From positions 10,850,001 through 10,914,000 of the forward strand of contig JBHGNT010000006.1 of NCBI GenBank assembly GCA_043228905.1: a stretch of 64,000 bases of DNA, in the 5' to 3' direction. A program made the translations under genes and the position numbers. The notes under the pieces were generated by a model. The model saw only the letters and a program-made list of their open reading frames with translations, was not told the origin of the DNA and ran no database searches. The first letter of the stretch is position 1; each line of letters opens with the position of its first letter. Source of the DNA: Azolla caroliniana. Taxonomy: Eukaryota; Plantae; Polypodiophyta. Below are positions 26,982 through 38,673 of the stretch, piece by piece.

Positions 26982-28233
26982 CTCTCTATATATCACACTC
27001 TATATCTACCTTCATTATGTTATGTACCTATATGTTGAGTTTGCCCTAGATTTACATATTTATAAATAGGGGGTAAGTTATTATTATCATCATCTAATGA
27101 TAATAATAATCATTAATCAACCGACTAATCGACTAGTCGATTCGACTAGCCGACTCCTATGTTGGTTATCCAGTTGGCCCAACTAGTCGACCTTATCTTT
27201 GACCATCCGGTTGGCCCGACTAGTCAGTCTTGTCTTCGACTTGGATCATCTATCCAATATTGTCGACTCTCTACGTTGACTCTCCAAGTCGACTCGCTGG
27301 TCGATCCAATCAACCATCCTATCAGCTCGACTAGTCGACTCCATTCGATTGCTGACTTCTCCAAGTCGGGTAGCTGACCTCTCCTTTAGGAGGGACAAAA
27401 TCCTAATAGCAAGATATGGAAAAATAATTTGGTAGATGGGATGCAACACACTTGGTTCATGATGCATCACTAGATTCCTCTACAAATGATTCCTCTATCC
27501 AATATTGTCGACTCTCTACGTTGACTCTCCAAGTCGGCTAGCCGACCTCTCCTTTAGGAGCCTGGACAAAATCCTAACCACAAGATATGGAAAAATAATT
27601 TGGTAGATGGGATGCAACACACTTGGTTCATGATGCATCACTAGATTCCTCTATAAATAAGGCCTTTTTGCAACGCCAATGTATCATGACTTGAGGAAAA
27701 TATGGAGGCTCACGCTTCACACATTGTACTACACATGTTGCACCTAACTACAAAACCATATGCTTCATGAAATAGGGAAACCATACACATCGATACATGA
27801 TAGATCCCATCTCCTTGTTTGTCATTCAAACCATTGCTTCCATGCGACTTAGTTCACATGCATTGCGGTGTGAGACGGAGTGTCGAGGCATAAGTGATGA
27901 GAGCGGTCAACTATGCACATTTTTCCCTAAACAAGCTCGATAGTCTGAGTATCACACTTTGATACAATTCTTTGCCTTTGATCATATTTGGCCATGCTTT
28001 GCCCAATTCTTGCACGAAATTTCTCTCACAACCACAATGTGCACTCTTGATTGCAACATTCATTGCTAAAGTTCTTGAACATCGACAGTCACTACGCACT
28101 ATCACATGTATCACGTGAAATGTAATATTTTTTGTCTCATAGGTCACATTTGACCGTTGAAGTCAATAATAGAATCTATCCATCTATTTATCTATCTCTC
28201 CCTTCACTCTCTACCTTTTCCCTCACCTTTCAC

Positions 28234-28837
28234 TAGGGATCGGCAACGGCTTGACTCAAGCCTAAACCGGTTTAAAGCGGCTTAGTTTAGGCTTGAGCAT
28301 ACCTAAACGGTTTGAGCTCGCTTAGCTTGGCTTGAACCTTTCCAAACCCGCTCAAACTGGTTAAGCCGTTTATCTTATTTAATAATTAGGGTTTAGAAAG
28401 ATGGAAGGTAGAACTTAGAGAGAGAGACTATTGAGTGATGAGTCTCCACACAAACGTGAGAGAGAGAGAGAGGAAGCCATAGGAAATGATTGTTGAGTGA
28501 TGCGTCTCCACACAGACGTGAGAGAGAGAGAGAGGAAGCCATAGGAAATGACTGTTGAGTGACACGTCTCCACACAAACATGAGAGAGAGAGAGAGAGGA
28601 AGCCATAGGAAATGACTGTTGAGTGACATGTCTGTTATGAGGAGGAGAAGAAGAGCAAGAGGAAGTGGTAGTGATGTTTTTTTGGTTTCTTCACACCTCT
28701 AAAGGTTTTTTGTCCCAAACCTGTTTAGGGATCGGTTTGCTTTAGGTTTGAGAACCCCAAAATGGTTTAGGCTTAACTCGTTTGGCTTGGGTAAGGCCAA
28801 ACCGGTTAAGCCTAAACCGAACCGTTGTCGATTCCTA
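28234..28837. mobile_element. Non-autonomous hAT-type DNA transposon (MITE), 604 bp
   Basis: TIRs TAGGGATCGGCAACGG / CCGTTGTCGATTCCTA, 8-bp TSD CCTTTCAC, subterminal AAACCG repeats, and an internal ~59-bp tandem repeat at 28420-28635. Confidence 0.9.
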
Positions 28838-29739
28838 CCTTTCACCCTTTCATTTTCTTTCTTATGAAGTCCACCAAGGGTTTACTAGTGAAACAACTTA
28901 AACATATCATTTTTCCTAAATACTCCTCCCATGTACCAACATTTGGTCCCCCCTCACTACATAGTGGGTCACTCTTATACATTTAAAAAAACACACATTC
29001 ACACATCCAATCAAACACTAAGATCACATTCATTTAAACTTAGTTCTTGACAGATACACCCCACCCCCTTTGCACTTTCTCTTCGCTTTGGGAAATTAAA
29101 AAGGTTTGAACTTGTGCACATATATTCCACACAAACACATATACCCAATTCCTTCATACAAGTAAGCCACCATCAACTACTGACGAACATATACACAAAT
29201 CTTTCATAAAACCAAGCCAGAATCCCTATAATAGGGTTAGGGTTAGGGTTAATATTTATGATAATGATGATGAGGATAGACATGGTGTAATAGTAAAGAT
29301 GATGAACGGTATGATGGTGAGAGAGATCATGAAGATGTTGACAAGCATTGAGGGGTGCGGGGTGGTGCCTAGAATGGCTCCACCCCCCTCCCAAGGGGGT
29401 TCAACGTAAGGGAAGAGAGAGGAAGAGAGATGACAAGAGAGAGAGATTGAGAGAGAACTATTCCTTGTTCATTCATTCCCCACAAAGGGGTTAAATAGTT
29501 ACAAGAGGGGGTAGATACATAGGGGTGCAAGCCCCCTTGGCCATTCACACTAATCACTCACACACACCTCCTCGTATTTGTCCACATGCACACACGTGTG
29601 CATGTGTTCACGTATGTATGTACACACACTCACAATTACACATATGCACATTTACATATACACAACAACAACATTAAGCCTTTCACCCTCACTCATCACA
29701 CTTACAAATCTCCCGTACATTTTGTACGGTAACACATTA

Positions 29740-29779
29740 TGGCACGCCCGTGGGACAATGCCTTGCACGTCGATCCCAC
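29740..29779 (+). other. 40-nt inverted tRNA-Arg PBS plus T-arm box at the PPT position (copy 2)
   Basis: TGGCACGCCCGTGGGACAATGCCTTGCACGTCGATCCCAC, 5 nt inside the 3' LTR; no purine tract on the element sense strand here. Confidence 0.85.
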
Positions 29780-30741
29780 ATGCCTTGATCATAATCTTTC
29801 TTCGATCGAAAACTTCATTGGCCTTCTTATCAATCAACTCCCTCGATCTGAACGCTTGACTCGAACATCTCCTTCAGTTGGCGAATCTTCCTCGACACGA
29901 ACATTCTCGTTCTGTCGGTTCACGAACTTCGTCATGGGTCCAAAATCACATTGTGTGTATGTGTGTTTTTCCTTTTGTTTTGTGAGTTATTGTGACCATA
30001 TCTTGTTCATTTTTGTAAGGTTAATGGGTTTTTGAAATTTCCTCGTTGCCCTTCGATTTTAAAATTCTATTATATACCCTCGAATTTTTAAAATTGATCG
30101 CATGCCCTATCTTTCTCTTTTTCCCTCTCTTTTTATTCATTTATCAATTACATTTCGTTATAATTTTAAGTTCTCTTTTAAGTCTTTTTTTCCTCCCTTT
30201 TTGTGTTTGTCTTCTTCTATGGTTCTTACGTTTTCTATCCCGTCGTTGTCTGCATATCTTCTTTGTCTTCTACCCGCCTTTTTGTCTTCTGTGCTTCTTC
30301 TTCATTCTCTCGGTTTCTTCTTCTTCATTCTCTTGGTTTCATCTTCTTCTTTTCTATTGCTCCTTTCGCTTTCTCCTTCGCCATGTTCCCTTTCTTCTTC
30401 CTCTTCTTTTCTACATTTTCTATTCTCTTTTCTTCTTTCTGCTTCATGTCTCTCTTCATTCTATCTTCCTCCTCTTTTCTCTTTCTTCTTCTTCTTGTTT
30501 TGCTCTACATCTCCCTTATTCCGCTATCGCGATGTCCGTTGTCCGTCGCTTGCTCGTAGTCTTTCAGTTGGTTTTTGTTTTGTTATCGTCGGTTTGGCTG
30601 TAGCTGTTTGGCCACCATTGTTGTTCAGCCGCCGCTCCCCATTATCTATCTGTCATTCTTTGTTCGATCATTTGCCGTCATTGTTGTTCCTATCCGACCG
30701 TCTACGTCTTTGTCATCATCTCCCTTCAACTGGTTGTCATA

Positions 30742-31078
30742 TGTCTCCCGTTTAATTAGAACACGCGTAAGGTAGAGAATGAAAGCACAGAATGGCAAGT
30801 GGACAAGGAACACAATGCTCTTAAATCGAAACTCCAACTTGTATTACTTCTGCTCCCTATTACATTGATCCCCAGATCTTTTTATAGACCTCTGGTTGAG
30901 AATACAAAATGGTGCCTTACCGGCTATCGGCTACAAATCGGTCCAGATCTGGATCAGTACAACTATTCTGGATCCACTCGTTCCTATAATATTCTCTCTA
31001 ATCATTTCTCTAAATATAATATTCGACTCTGACTCGTTCCTTTCCACATTTGTCCTTTGGACCATACTCTAGCTAACA
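30742..31078 (-). mobile_element. Internal LTR of a second, related Gypsy family ('type B')
   Basis: Ends in CTAACA, followed by the 40-nt motif; homologous to 43133-43398. The left boundary is approximate. Confidence 0.65.
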
Positions 31079-31080
31079 CA

Positions 31081-31120
31081 TGGTACACCCGTGGAACAAT
31101 GCATTGCACATCAAACCCAC
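31081..31120 (+). other. 40-nt inverted tRNA-Arg PBS plus T-arm box (copy 3)
   Basis: TGGTACACCCGTGGAACAATGCATTGCACATCAAACCCAC, 2 nt inside the type-B LTR end. Confidence 0.8.
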
Positions 31121-32955
31121 GGTTAGCTCCGTCACTCCTCGTCAAGTATGTCCAAAATGCTTTGATCCAAGGGTTCGAGTAGTTCTTCCCTTTGTTGCTG
31201 ATGTTGTTCTCTAGCCCCTTCCGGTTGATGTTGTTCTTGGCCTGCTTCGGTTGTTCCGTCCCGGCTTCTTCCTTCCAGTTGATGTTTTGTACCGGCTCCA
31301 TCTGACTGCTCCACTCCAACTTCATTCGGCTGTTGTTTTGGTTGTGGTTGTGGTTGTGGTTGTGGTTGTGGTTGTGGTTGTGGTTGTGGTTATGCGGATT
31401 GTTCCTCATCGCTAATGTTTATTGCCGCCACTCTTTTCTCCGCTTCTCCCGCTCGTATCACTCGAACTATAATTGTGTTCCAAGTTGATCATAGTCGAGC
31501 CTTTCAATCAACCTCCAGACAACTTCGAGGTGAGTGTTGGCCAAGGCGAAAAAAACGTCCAACAATTCCTCCCAGATGGTGGCAATACTCTCTTCGTCCA
31601 TCCTGTAGAAATTGTCACTCGCCTTCTTCTGGTTTTCCGCATCAACTCTGAGGACCTGTAGTTCTGCCGCTTGTTGCGACCATTGATTCCATACTACAAT
31701 CGAACAATCGTTAATATTTTTCTTCGTCCAATCTTTCCATGTCGTGACTATCATCCGGATTCGTTCAATGATGAGCTTCGTGTTGTCCTTCGTGGCTTGC
31801 TTCTGATCCTTAAGCTATTTGATGAAGGCGACGGTGGCCTTTGCCTGCACTTCATATTCCAGCAGTTTGGTTTGGTAGGTTGTTTGAACCTTGTCCAAAA
31901 CCATATTTGCTTGTTCCGTTTCCTCATAGTGCTTTGCGGTGAGCTGCATCCTTTCCCTCGCCACTTCTTCCATCATTTGTGCCATGGATGCAGCCATCAT
32001 CTTCTACTCATCCGCCAACATCTTCATCCTCTTTACCAATTCCGTCTGGACCTCATTCAATTTTTCTTGCTGCCGGTCGAAATTCGACCCCATCTTCTTA
32101 TGCTCTGCCTTGAGTTGTTTGTGGTTCCGGTGCAGCTTTTCAAATTCCTCCGTTTTCTGCTTGAGACGCCGGTTTATTTGAGAGTGCGCCCTATCTTCTC
32201 GGTCTTTTTGCTATCAGATTTCTTCTTTTAGCCGCTCTATTTCCATCTCGGCCATCCTCCAGAGCTTGTCTTTTTCATGCAGCAAGTTTTCTCTTTCATT
32301 GTTTGCTGAGTTTTTCGAAGATTTTCTTCAACTCTCCGTTTCTCTTCTTCGGTTGTCTTCTTCTACACTCTTTCTCTTTCTCTCAATGTTTCTTGAGCAG
32401 CTAATTCCTCCCTTAGTGTTAGCATTTCCTGTTCCCGTTCAACTTCTTTTATCGGGGTTGTGCTGGCCTCCGTTGCCGGAGATTCCTTCTGTAGATTAGC
32501 CTGTTCTACCAGCTCTGTTCCAGAGCTTGTGCTTTGGCCCATCTTTGACATGAGGACGCCAAACTCCTTAACCTTTGCCAGCTCCTCCTCTAGGATCCAA
32601 ATCTAATTTTGGGCTTTTTCCAATTCTTCAGTTGTTGTCATCAACCGTTCCACTTGTCTCCACTCTACCCGTTGTTCTTCATCCATCTGGTCAACCACAC
32701 CAGATACTTGCTTGCCAAGCCATTCTAACCATTGCCGGTAGGTTCCGTGTTGTGTGAGTGGATCGAACTATTGCATTGGCTCCAGTCACAGTTCCTCCTC
32801 CTCCTTGAGCCATTGTGCAAACGGCTCTTCTTGTTGCAGTCTCTGCTCCGGCCATCGTTCTTCTTGTTGCTGCCCTAAAAGACCCGGTGATGTATGTCCC
32901 TCTAACTCCGATTCCGGTTGAACCGTCTTCACCGCATCTGATATGTTAGCTGAAT

Positions 32956-35900
32956 TGTAAAAAGTAACGTGCGGAAGCAGGTATGAAGACCGAACAGAAG
33001 GAAGGAAACACAGGTTCAATGGAGAGCTTGAGCTTACACGGTATACACGAGAGAGACAGAGAGAGTGAGAGAGAAGACAAAATACTATATTCAACAATAA
33101 TACTCAGTCTGTATTCACCACTCTACACACATGTGTGTTCCATGAACACTTTTATACAAGTCCTCGAAGGACTGACCGAAGTACTAACGGTACTTCAATG
33201 CTCATTAAGAGCTCCTACACTAACTCCCAAACATATTCCTCACGGAAATCTTCCCTAACAGCCTCCCGGTTTACGCACTCGGCCTAACCTATCGGTCCCA
33301 ACCGATCCGGTCCTCGGCTTCTTCACCCGAACCGGTCGATGTTGAGCTTGTCTCTCAACACTCCCCCTCAAGCTCAACTCGAGGCTCTTCGGGATCCTCG
33401 GGCTCACAGCTCCGGTTCCTCTTGGCTTCACACCTCGCTCGCGCTCCTCGACCTGTTCGACTCCGCGCGCTTCGACCCTTCCGGTCGGCTTATCTGCTCA
33501 TGCGGCCCTTATCAGCTCTTCTGCTGTTGCGGTGTCGACACTTCTTCTGCTGCCTTTTCTTCCGCTTGGGCCTCGGTTGATTCAACGTGTCTGAATCAAA
33601 CATACGAACCAACTCGGCTACTTCCGATCGGTTTTCACTCTCGTCCGAGTTGGCTGTCTCCAACTCGTCTTCGGTCTTCTCGTCCTCGATTGCGTCATCT
33701 CCCCCATGCGTGGTTGGCTTCGGCTCTCTCCTTCGGTTGCTCCCCTTCTGTCCGCTTTCGGACTTTTCCGTGGGTCCGCCCTCGGCTTCTTCAGCTGATC
33801 CGAACTCGAACTCGACAACCGAGTCTACCGACTCGGACTCGGTGTCGCGGTCTCCGCTCCTTTCCTGCTGCCTTGCTTGGTCGTTCGGGACTGTTCTCCC
33901 CCTCAAGGTCGGCACATCGAGGTGACGAAACCCGAGCGCACCTGAGAATTGCCGCAACTTGTCCAGACCAAGAGGCTTGGTGAAGATGTCGGCAGTCTGC
34001 CGATCCGTCAGAACGTACTGAAGTTTGACTTCACCGGAAAGGACACGCTCACGGACGAAATGGTAGTGCACCTCAATGTGCTTGGTCCGTGCATGGAAAA
34101 CGAGGTTCTTCGCGAGCTGGATGTTGCTGAGGTTGTCGCAGTAGATCGTCGTCGGATCTGACACCTCCACTTGCAGGTCCTTAAGTAGTCGCTTCAACCA
34201 TATGGCTTCGCATGTCGCAACAGCCGCTCCTCGGTACTCAGCTTCGGTGCTCGACAGTGCAACTGTCAGTTGCTTCTTACTGCTCCACGCGATCGCGGCA
34301 CTCCCGAGGGAGAATGCGTATCCGGACGTGGATTGGCGATCGGCGGCGTTGCCAGCCCAATCAGCATCGGTGTAGCCAACTAACTGCGCGGTTGCACCGG
34401 TCCGATATGGCAGTCCTCGGTCCTTAGTGCCACTTACGTACCGTAGTACGCGTTGCGCACACTGAAGGTGCTCCTCGGTAGGTCGCGCCATGAACTGACT
34501 GATCACCCCGACCGGATAACTGAGGTCGGGTCGGGTGATGGTCAAGTATATGAGGCTTCCGACAATTTGTCGGAACCTCGTCGGGTCGCATACCTTTCCC
34601 GTATCGGGACGAAGCTTGACGGTTCTGTCCAAAGGAGTCGAGACGGACTTACAGTCGGCCATCCCGAGTTTGAAGAGCATACCCAACACGTAATGACATT
34701 GGCTGATCAATATGCCTTCGGGGGTACGGATCACTTCGATCCCGAGGAAGTAATGAAGGTCCCCCAAATCCTTCATGTCGAACGATGCCGCAAGCTGGAG
34801 CTTCACACGATTGATTTCACCTAGGTCGGCGCCAGTGATGACCAAGTCATCAACATATAGTAAAATACTAACCGGTCCGAGTCGACCTTTCCGGATGAAC
34901 AGGGAAGAGTCCGATTTTGACGTGACGAAGCCCATCAAACGCAGTTGTTGCGTGATCTTCGCGTTCCAGGCACGCGGGGCTTGCTTCAGTCCGTAAAGGG
35001 ACTTCTTCAGTTGGCATACTGCCGAGGAGTTCGTTCCGGAGTGAAATCCGAGGGGTTGTACCATGTACACCTGTTCCTCAAGGTCACCTTGCAGGAACGC
35101 ATTCTTTACATCCATCTGATGTAAGTGCCACCCCTTTGCCGCGGCTACTGCGAGCAAAACACGGACGGTCGTCATTTTCGCGACCGGCGCAAACGTCTCA
35201 TCGTAGTCGATGCCGTGTTTCTACGCGTAGCCCTTTGCCACTAGCCGAGCCTTGTATCGGTTTACCGAGCCATCGGTGTTGTACTTGACTTTGTACACCC
35301 ATCTACACCCGATCGGCTTCACACCCTTCAGTGCGTCAACCAGGTCCCAGGTCTCGTTCTCCGCCAATGCGTGCATCTCTTCCTCCATCGCGGCACGCCA
35401 ATTCGCGTCTTTAGCCGCTTCTGCGTAGCTCTCCGGCTCACGCACTTCCGCTACATGGGTCATGTACGCATAATGATGCGCCATGTACTCGTTGTATCCG
35501 AACCGCAAAACAGGATTCTTCTGGCGGGTAGATCGGCGTAATCTCACATTAGCTGATGTCGAGGCCTTCTCGGTCGACGCGGACTTCACCTTCAAAGACC
35601 CGTCACCGGTTCCCTCGGAGTCGGGCTCGCGTCGGTCTGACTCGTTCCTTTCCGTGCCGGAATCCGATATCTTCTTCTTCCCTTTCTCTTTGCGCGTAAG
35701 CCATCTCCTCGGCTTCCTGCACGGGGAATGCACGGCCGAGTCTCCACTACTCGCAGGCTCTTCATCGGACTGGTCGTACCGACTCAGTCGTGCAATCGGT
35801 CCACTTAACCGGAGTGAAATCGGACTCTCTTCGCGGGTCTCGATTTCGGGCTCATTCGGAGGCATCTCGGCCTCACTAACCTCATCGTCAGAGCTCGGAT

Positions 35901-38673
35901 TGGAGTCGAGGTTCGTAGTCGGGGGCAAGTACCAGGACGCGGACTCGTCAAACACAACGTCGCGACTGACACGCGCTTGTTTGGTGCGAGGGTTATAGCA
36001 CTTATAACCCTTCTGCTCGTCCGAGTAACCGACCACGATGCATTTCTCGGCCTTTGCGTCCAGCTTCCTCCTTTTCTCCTTCGGTATATGCACATACGCA
36101 ATGCTACCGAACACCCTCAAGTGTCGCAAGTTCGGCTTCGTTCCGAAATATAGCTCGTGCGCCGACACTTTGTCTCCAATCCGATTCTGGATGTATACCG
36201 CGGTCCTTACCGCCTCGGCCCAATAGAACTTGGGCAAGCTCTTCTCCTCCAGCATTGCCCGTGCCGCTTCCACAACTAACCGATTCTTCCTCTCGGCCAC
36301 GCCCTTCTGCTCTGGCGTGTATCTACAACTGAATTCGCGCCGAATTCCCATTTGTTGTAGATAACCGTTGAATTGACCGGAAAAGTACTCTTTCCTGCCA
36401 TCCGACCGTAGACACTTGATCTTTCGTCCCGTTTCCGTTTCCACGAACCCTTTGAGGTCCCGGAAACAGTCGAAGACTTCGCTCTTTCTCTCAATGAGGT
36501 AGATCCACGTGTGCCGCGTGTGGTCGTCGATGAAGGAGACGAAATATCGGCTCCCGCCAAGACTAACGTTTTGTGCCAGCCCCCATACATCGGAGTGTAT
36601 AAGGTCGAGCTTGTTCCGGCTCCGGTTTCGCTCGTTGGGGAAGGGAAGCCGATGTTGCTTCCCGAGCTGGTAGGCTTCACAAATTTGTGCCTTTCGGCCA
36701 CTAAATTTGGGCAATCCAAACACTACCTGTTTCGATTGCAGATCTTGAAGCCGCTGGTAATTGACGTGGCCTATCCGCTTGTGCCACAAGTCGATGTCCG
36801 ACTCGGCTTTTTGTCCCTTCGCGAACATTGCGGTGCCGCCGTCAGTGGAATCGAGGATGAACATCCTCCCGTCTCTATGCCCTTGCGCAATCACACGGCC
36901 TTTTTCCTCAATGAAGCACCCGAGGTGTGTAAACCGAACCTCCATCCCTTGGTCGACGATCTCTCCGACCGAGACCAAGTTTTTCGTGATTGTCGGAACG
37001 TGCGGCACTTTCATGAGTTTCCCTTTCTGCCCGACATGGCTAAGGGAAACTTCTCCGACATTTGCGATCGGATGCGGAGTGTCGTCTCCAGTTGCGACTA
37101 CTCCAGGTTGTATCGGTTTTTCAAGGTACGAGAACCACTCCTTATGGCTCGTCATGTGGTTTGATGCACCGGAGTCTACGTACCACACCTCGCCTGATCT
37201 CGGGGTGCTCTGTTTCATCGAGTTTGCTTCGTGTCTCGTCACGAAGACAGACCCTTCTTCGACTCTCCCGGAGTCTTTGGCGTAGTGCGATCGCTGCCGA
37301 TTTCCCTTGTCGGTATGTCCGGAGCCGTTTCCAGAACCGGTTCTCTCCGAATCGGCGCACTTCTTCCAGCACTCACTTTCCCTGTGGCCTTTCTTGCCAC
37401 AGTACCAGCACTCGGCGATGGCCTTCCCTTGCCGGTTCTCATCGCTTCGACTCCCCCTGTTTCCGGAGGGTCCGGAGTTGCTGTCGGCATCACTTCGGTG
37501 CCATCTTCCTTGATCTCGTCGGCTGCTTCCATTGCGTACCGACTCGCCTCGTCCGCCACGACCACGGGGCCTTTCTCCCTCCATGTACAACATCTTGTTG
37601 TCGGTGTGTGTGCTCGTCGACGCACCTGCGTGGTTCTCCTCTACCAAGAGCATCGACTGTAAGTCGAAAAAGGATGGCGTATTCTCCCGGGTACACACAG
37701 TCGTTCGGAATGCTCCGAACTTCGACACCAAACCTCCTAGACAGATCTGGACCATCTCGCTCTCCTCGATGTTCACCTCTATGGAGGCGAGGGAGTCGCA
37801 GATATCCTTGATCTTCGAGGTATAGTCCGCCACCGACAAGTCGCGTTGTCGTAGGTTGCTCAACTCCTGTCGGAGCTGAAGCTTCCTGGTTGTGGTGCTC
37901 GCGGTGAAAATCTTCTTCAGATTTTCCCACGCACCCTTTGGCGTCTTTGCATCCCGAACATAGCTCAATAGTTGTTCGCCCACACACGACGCGAAGCAGT
38001 ACAATAACCTGCTCGCCGATTGCTTCCACGACGGGAAGTCTCTGTGTGTCGATTCGAGTGCCGCGTCATTAGCTCCTTCGACATAACTCCAGTAGTCGTG
38101 CCCGAGCAGGTACTGGTGCATCTTGTAGGACCAAGACGCGTAGTTGGTTCTGTCAAGCTTCTCTGTTGGAAGCGAGCTCGCCATGCCTCTATCCATCGTT
38201 CTTCTTGTTCTTCTTCGTCAAGTTGTGTTGGCTGCAGAGAGATTCTCAACCCTCGCGCTTTGATACCATGTAAAAAGTAACGTGCGGAAGCAGGTATGAA
38301 GACCGAACAGAAGGAAGGAAACACAGGTTCAATGGAGAGCTTGAGCTTACACGGTATACACGAGAGAGACAGAGAGAGTGAGAGAGAAGACAAAAAACTA
38401 TATTCAACAATAATACTCGGTCTGTATTCACCACTCTACACACATGTGTGTTCCATGAACACTTTTATACAAGTCCTCGAAGGACTGACCGAAGTACTAA
38501 CGGTACTTCAATGCTCATTAAGAGCTCCTACACTAACTCCCAAACATATTCCTCACGGAAATCTTCCCTAACGGCCTCCCGGTTTATGCACTCGGCCTAA
38601 CCTATCGGTCCCAACCGATCCGGTCCTCGGCTTCTTCACCCAAACCGGCCGATGTTGAGCTTATCTCTCAACA
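32956..38673 (-). mobile_element. Copia-E: young, nearly intact Ty1/Copia element
   Basis: 405-bp LTRs 32956-33360 and 38269-38673 (about 7 substitutions by eye), TSD TGAAT, PBS TGGTATCAAAGC, PPT 33361-33372. Confidence 0.97.
33490..38196 (-). CDS. Copia-E gag-pol polyprotein (gag, CCHC knuckle, PR, INT, RT, RNase H) with one in-frame TAG at 35221-35223
   Basis: The 991-aa and 561-aa ORFs share a frame. Motifs CWYCGKKGHRESEC, WYVDSGASNHM, LRSDGRKEY, YVDDL and RTKHIEVHYHF. The stop falls at the conserved GYAQ glutamine. Confidence 0.93.

Larger units (their letters stand above)
1..27408 (-). mobile_element. Copia-H: outer, degenerate Ty1/Copia LTR retrotransposon hosting the nest (3' part lies outside the window)
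   Basis: 5' LTR ~26666-27408, tRNA-iMet PBS TGGTATCAGAGC at 26651-26662 (-), gag ORFs 26203-26637 and 25906-26199 (CFYCGKPGHF knuckle), protease 16969-17251, GAG-pre-integrase/integrase pieces in 1-5616. The coding sequence rejoins across each nested insertion at its TSD. Confidence 0.85.

Noticed and set aside
30046-30755. Hydrophobic F/L/S-rich ORFs as an env-like membrane protein
   Set aside because: They arise from a pyrimidine-rich low-complexity tract, are open in several frames and are antisense to the element.
35221-35223. Programmed stop-codon read-through
   Set aside because: The stop lies inside RT at a conserved Gln, and the relative Copia-C has CAG; a simple C-to-T mutation explains it.
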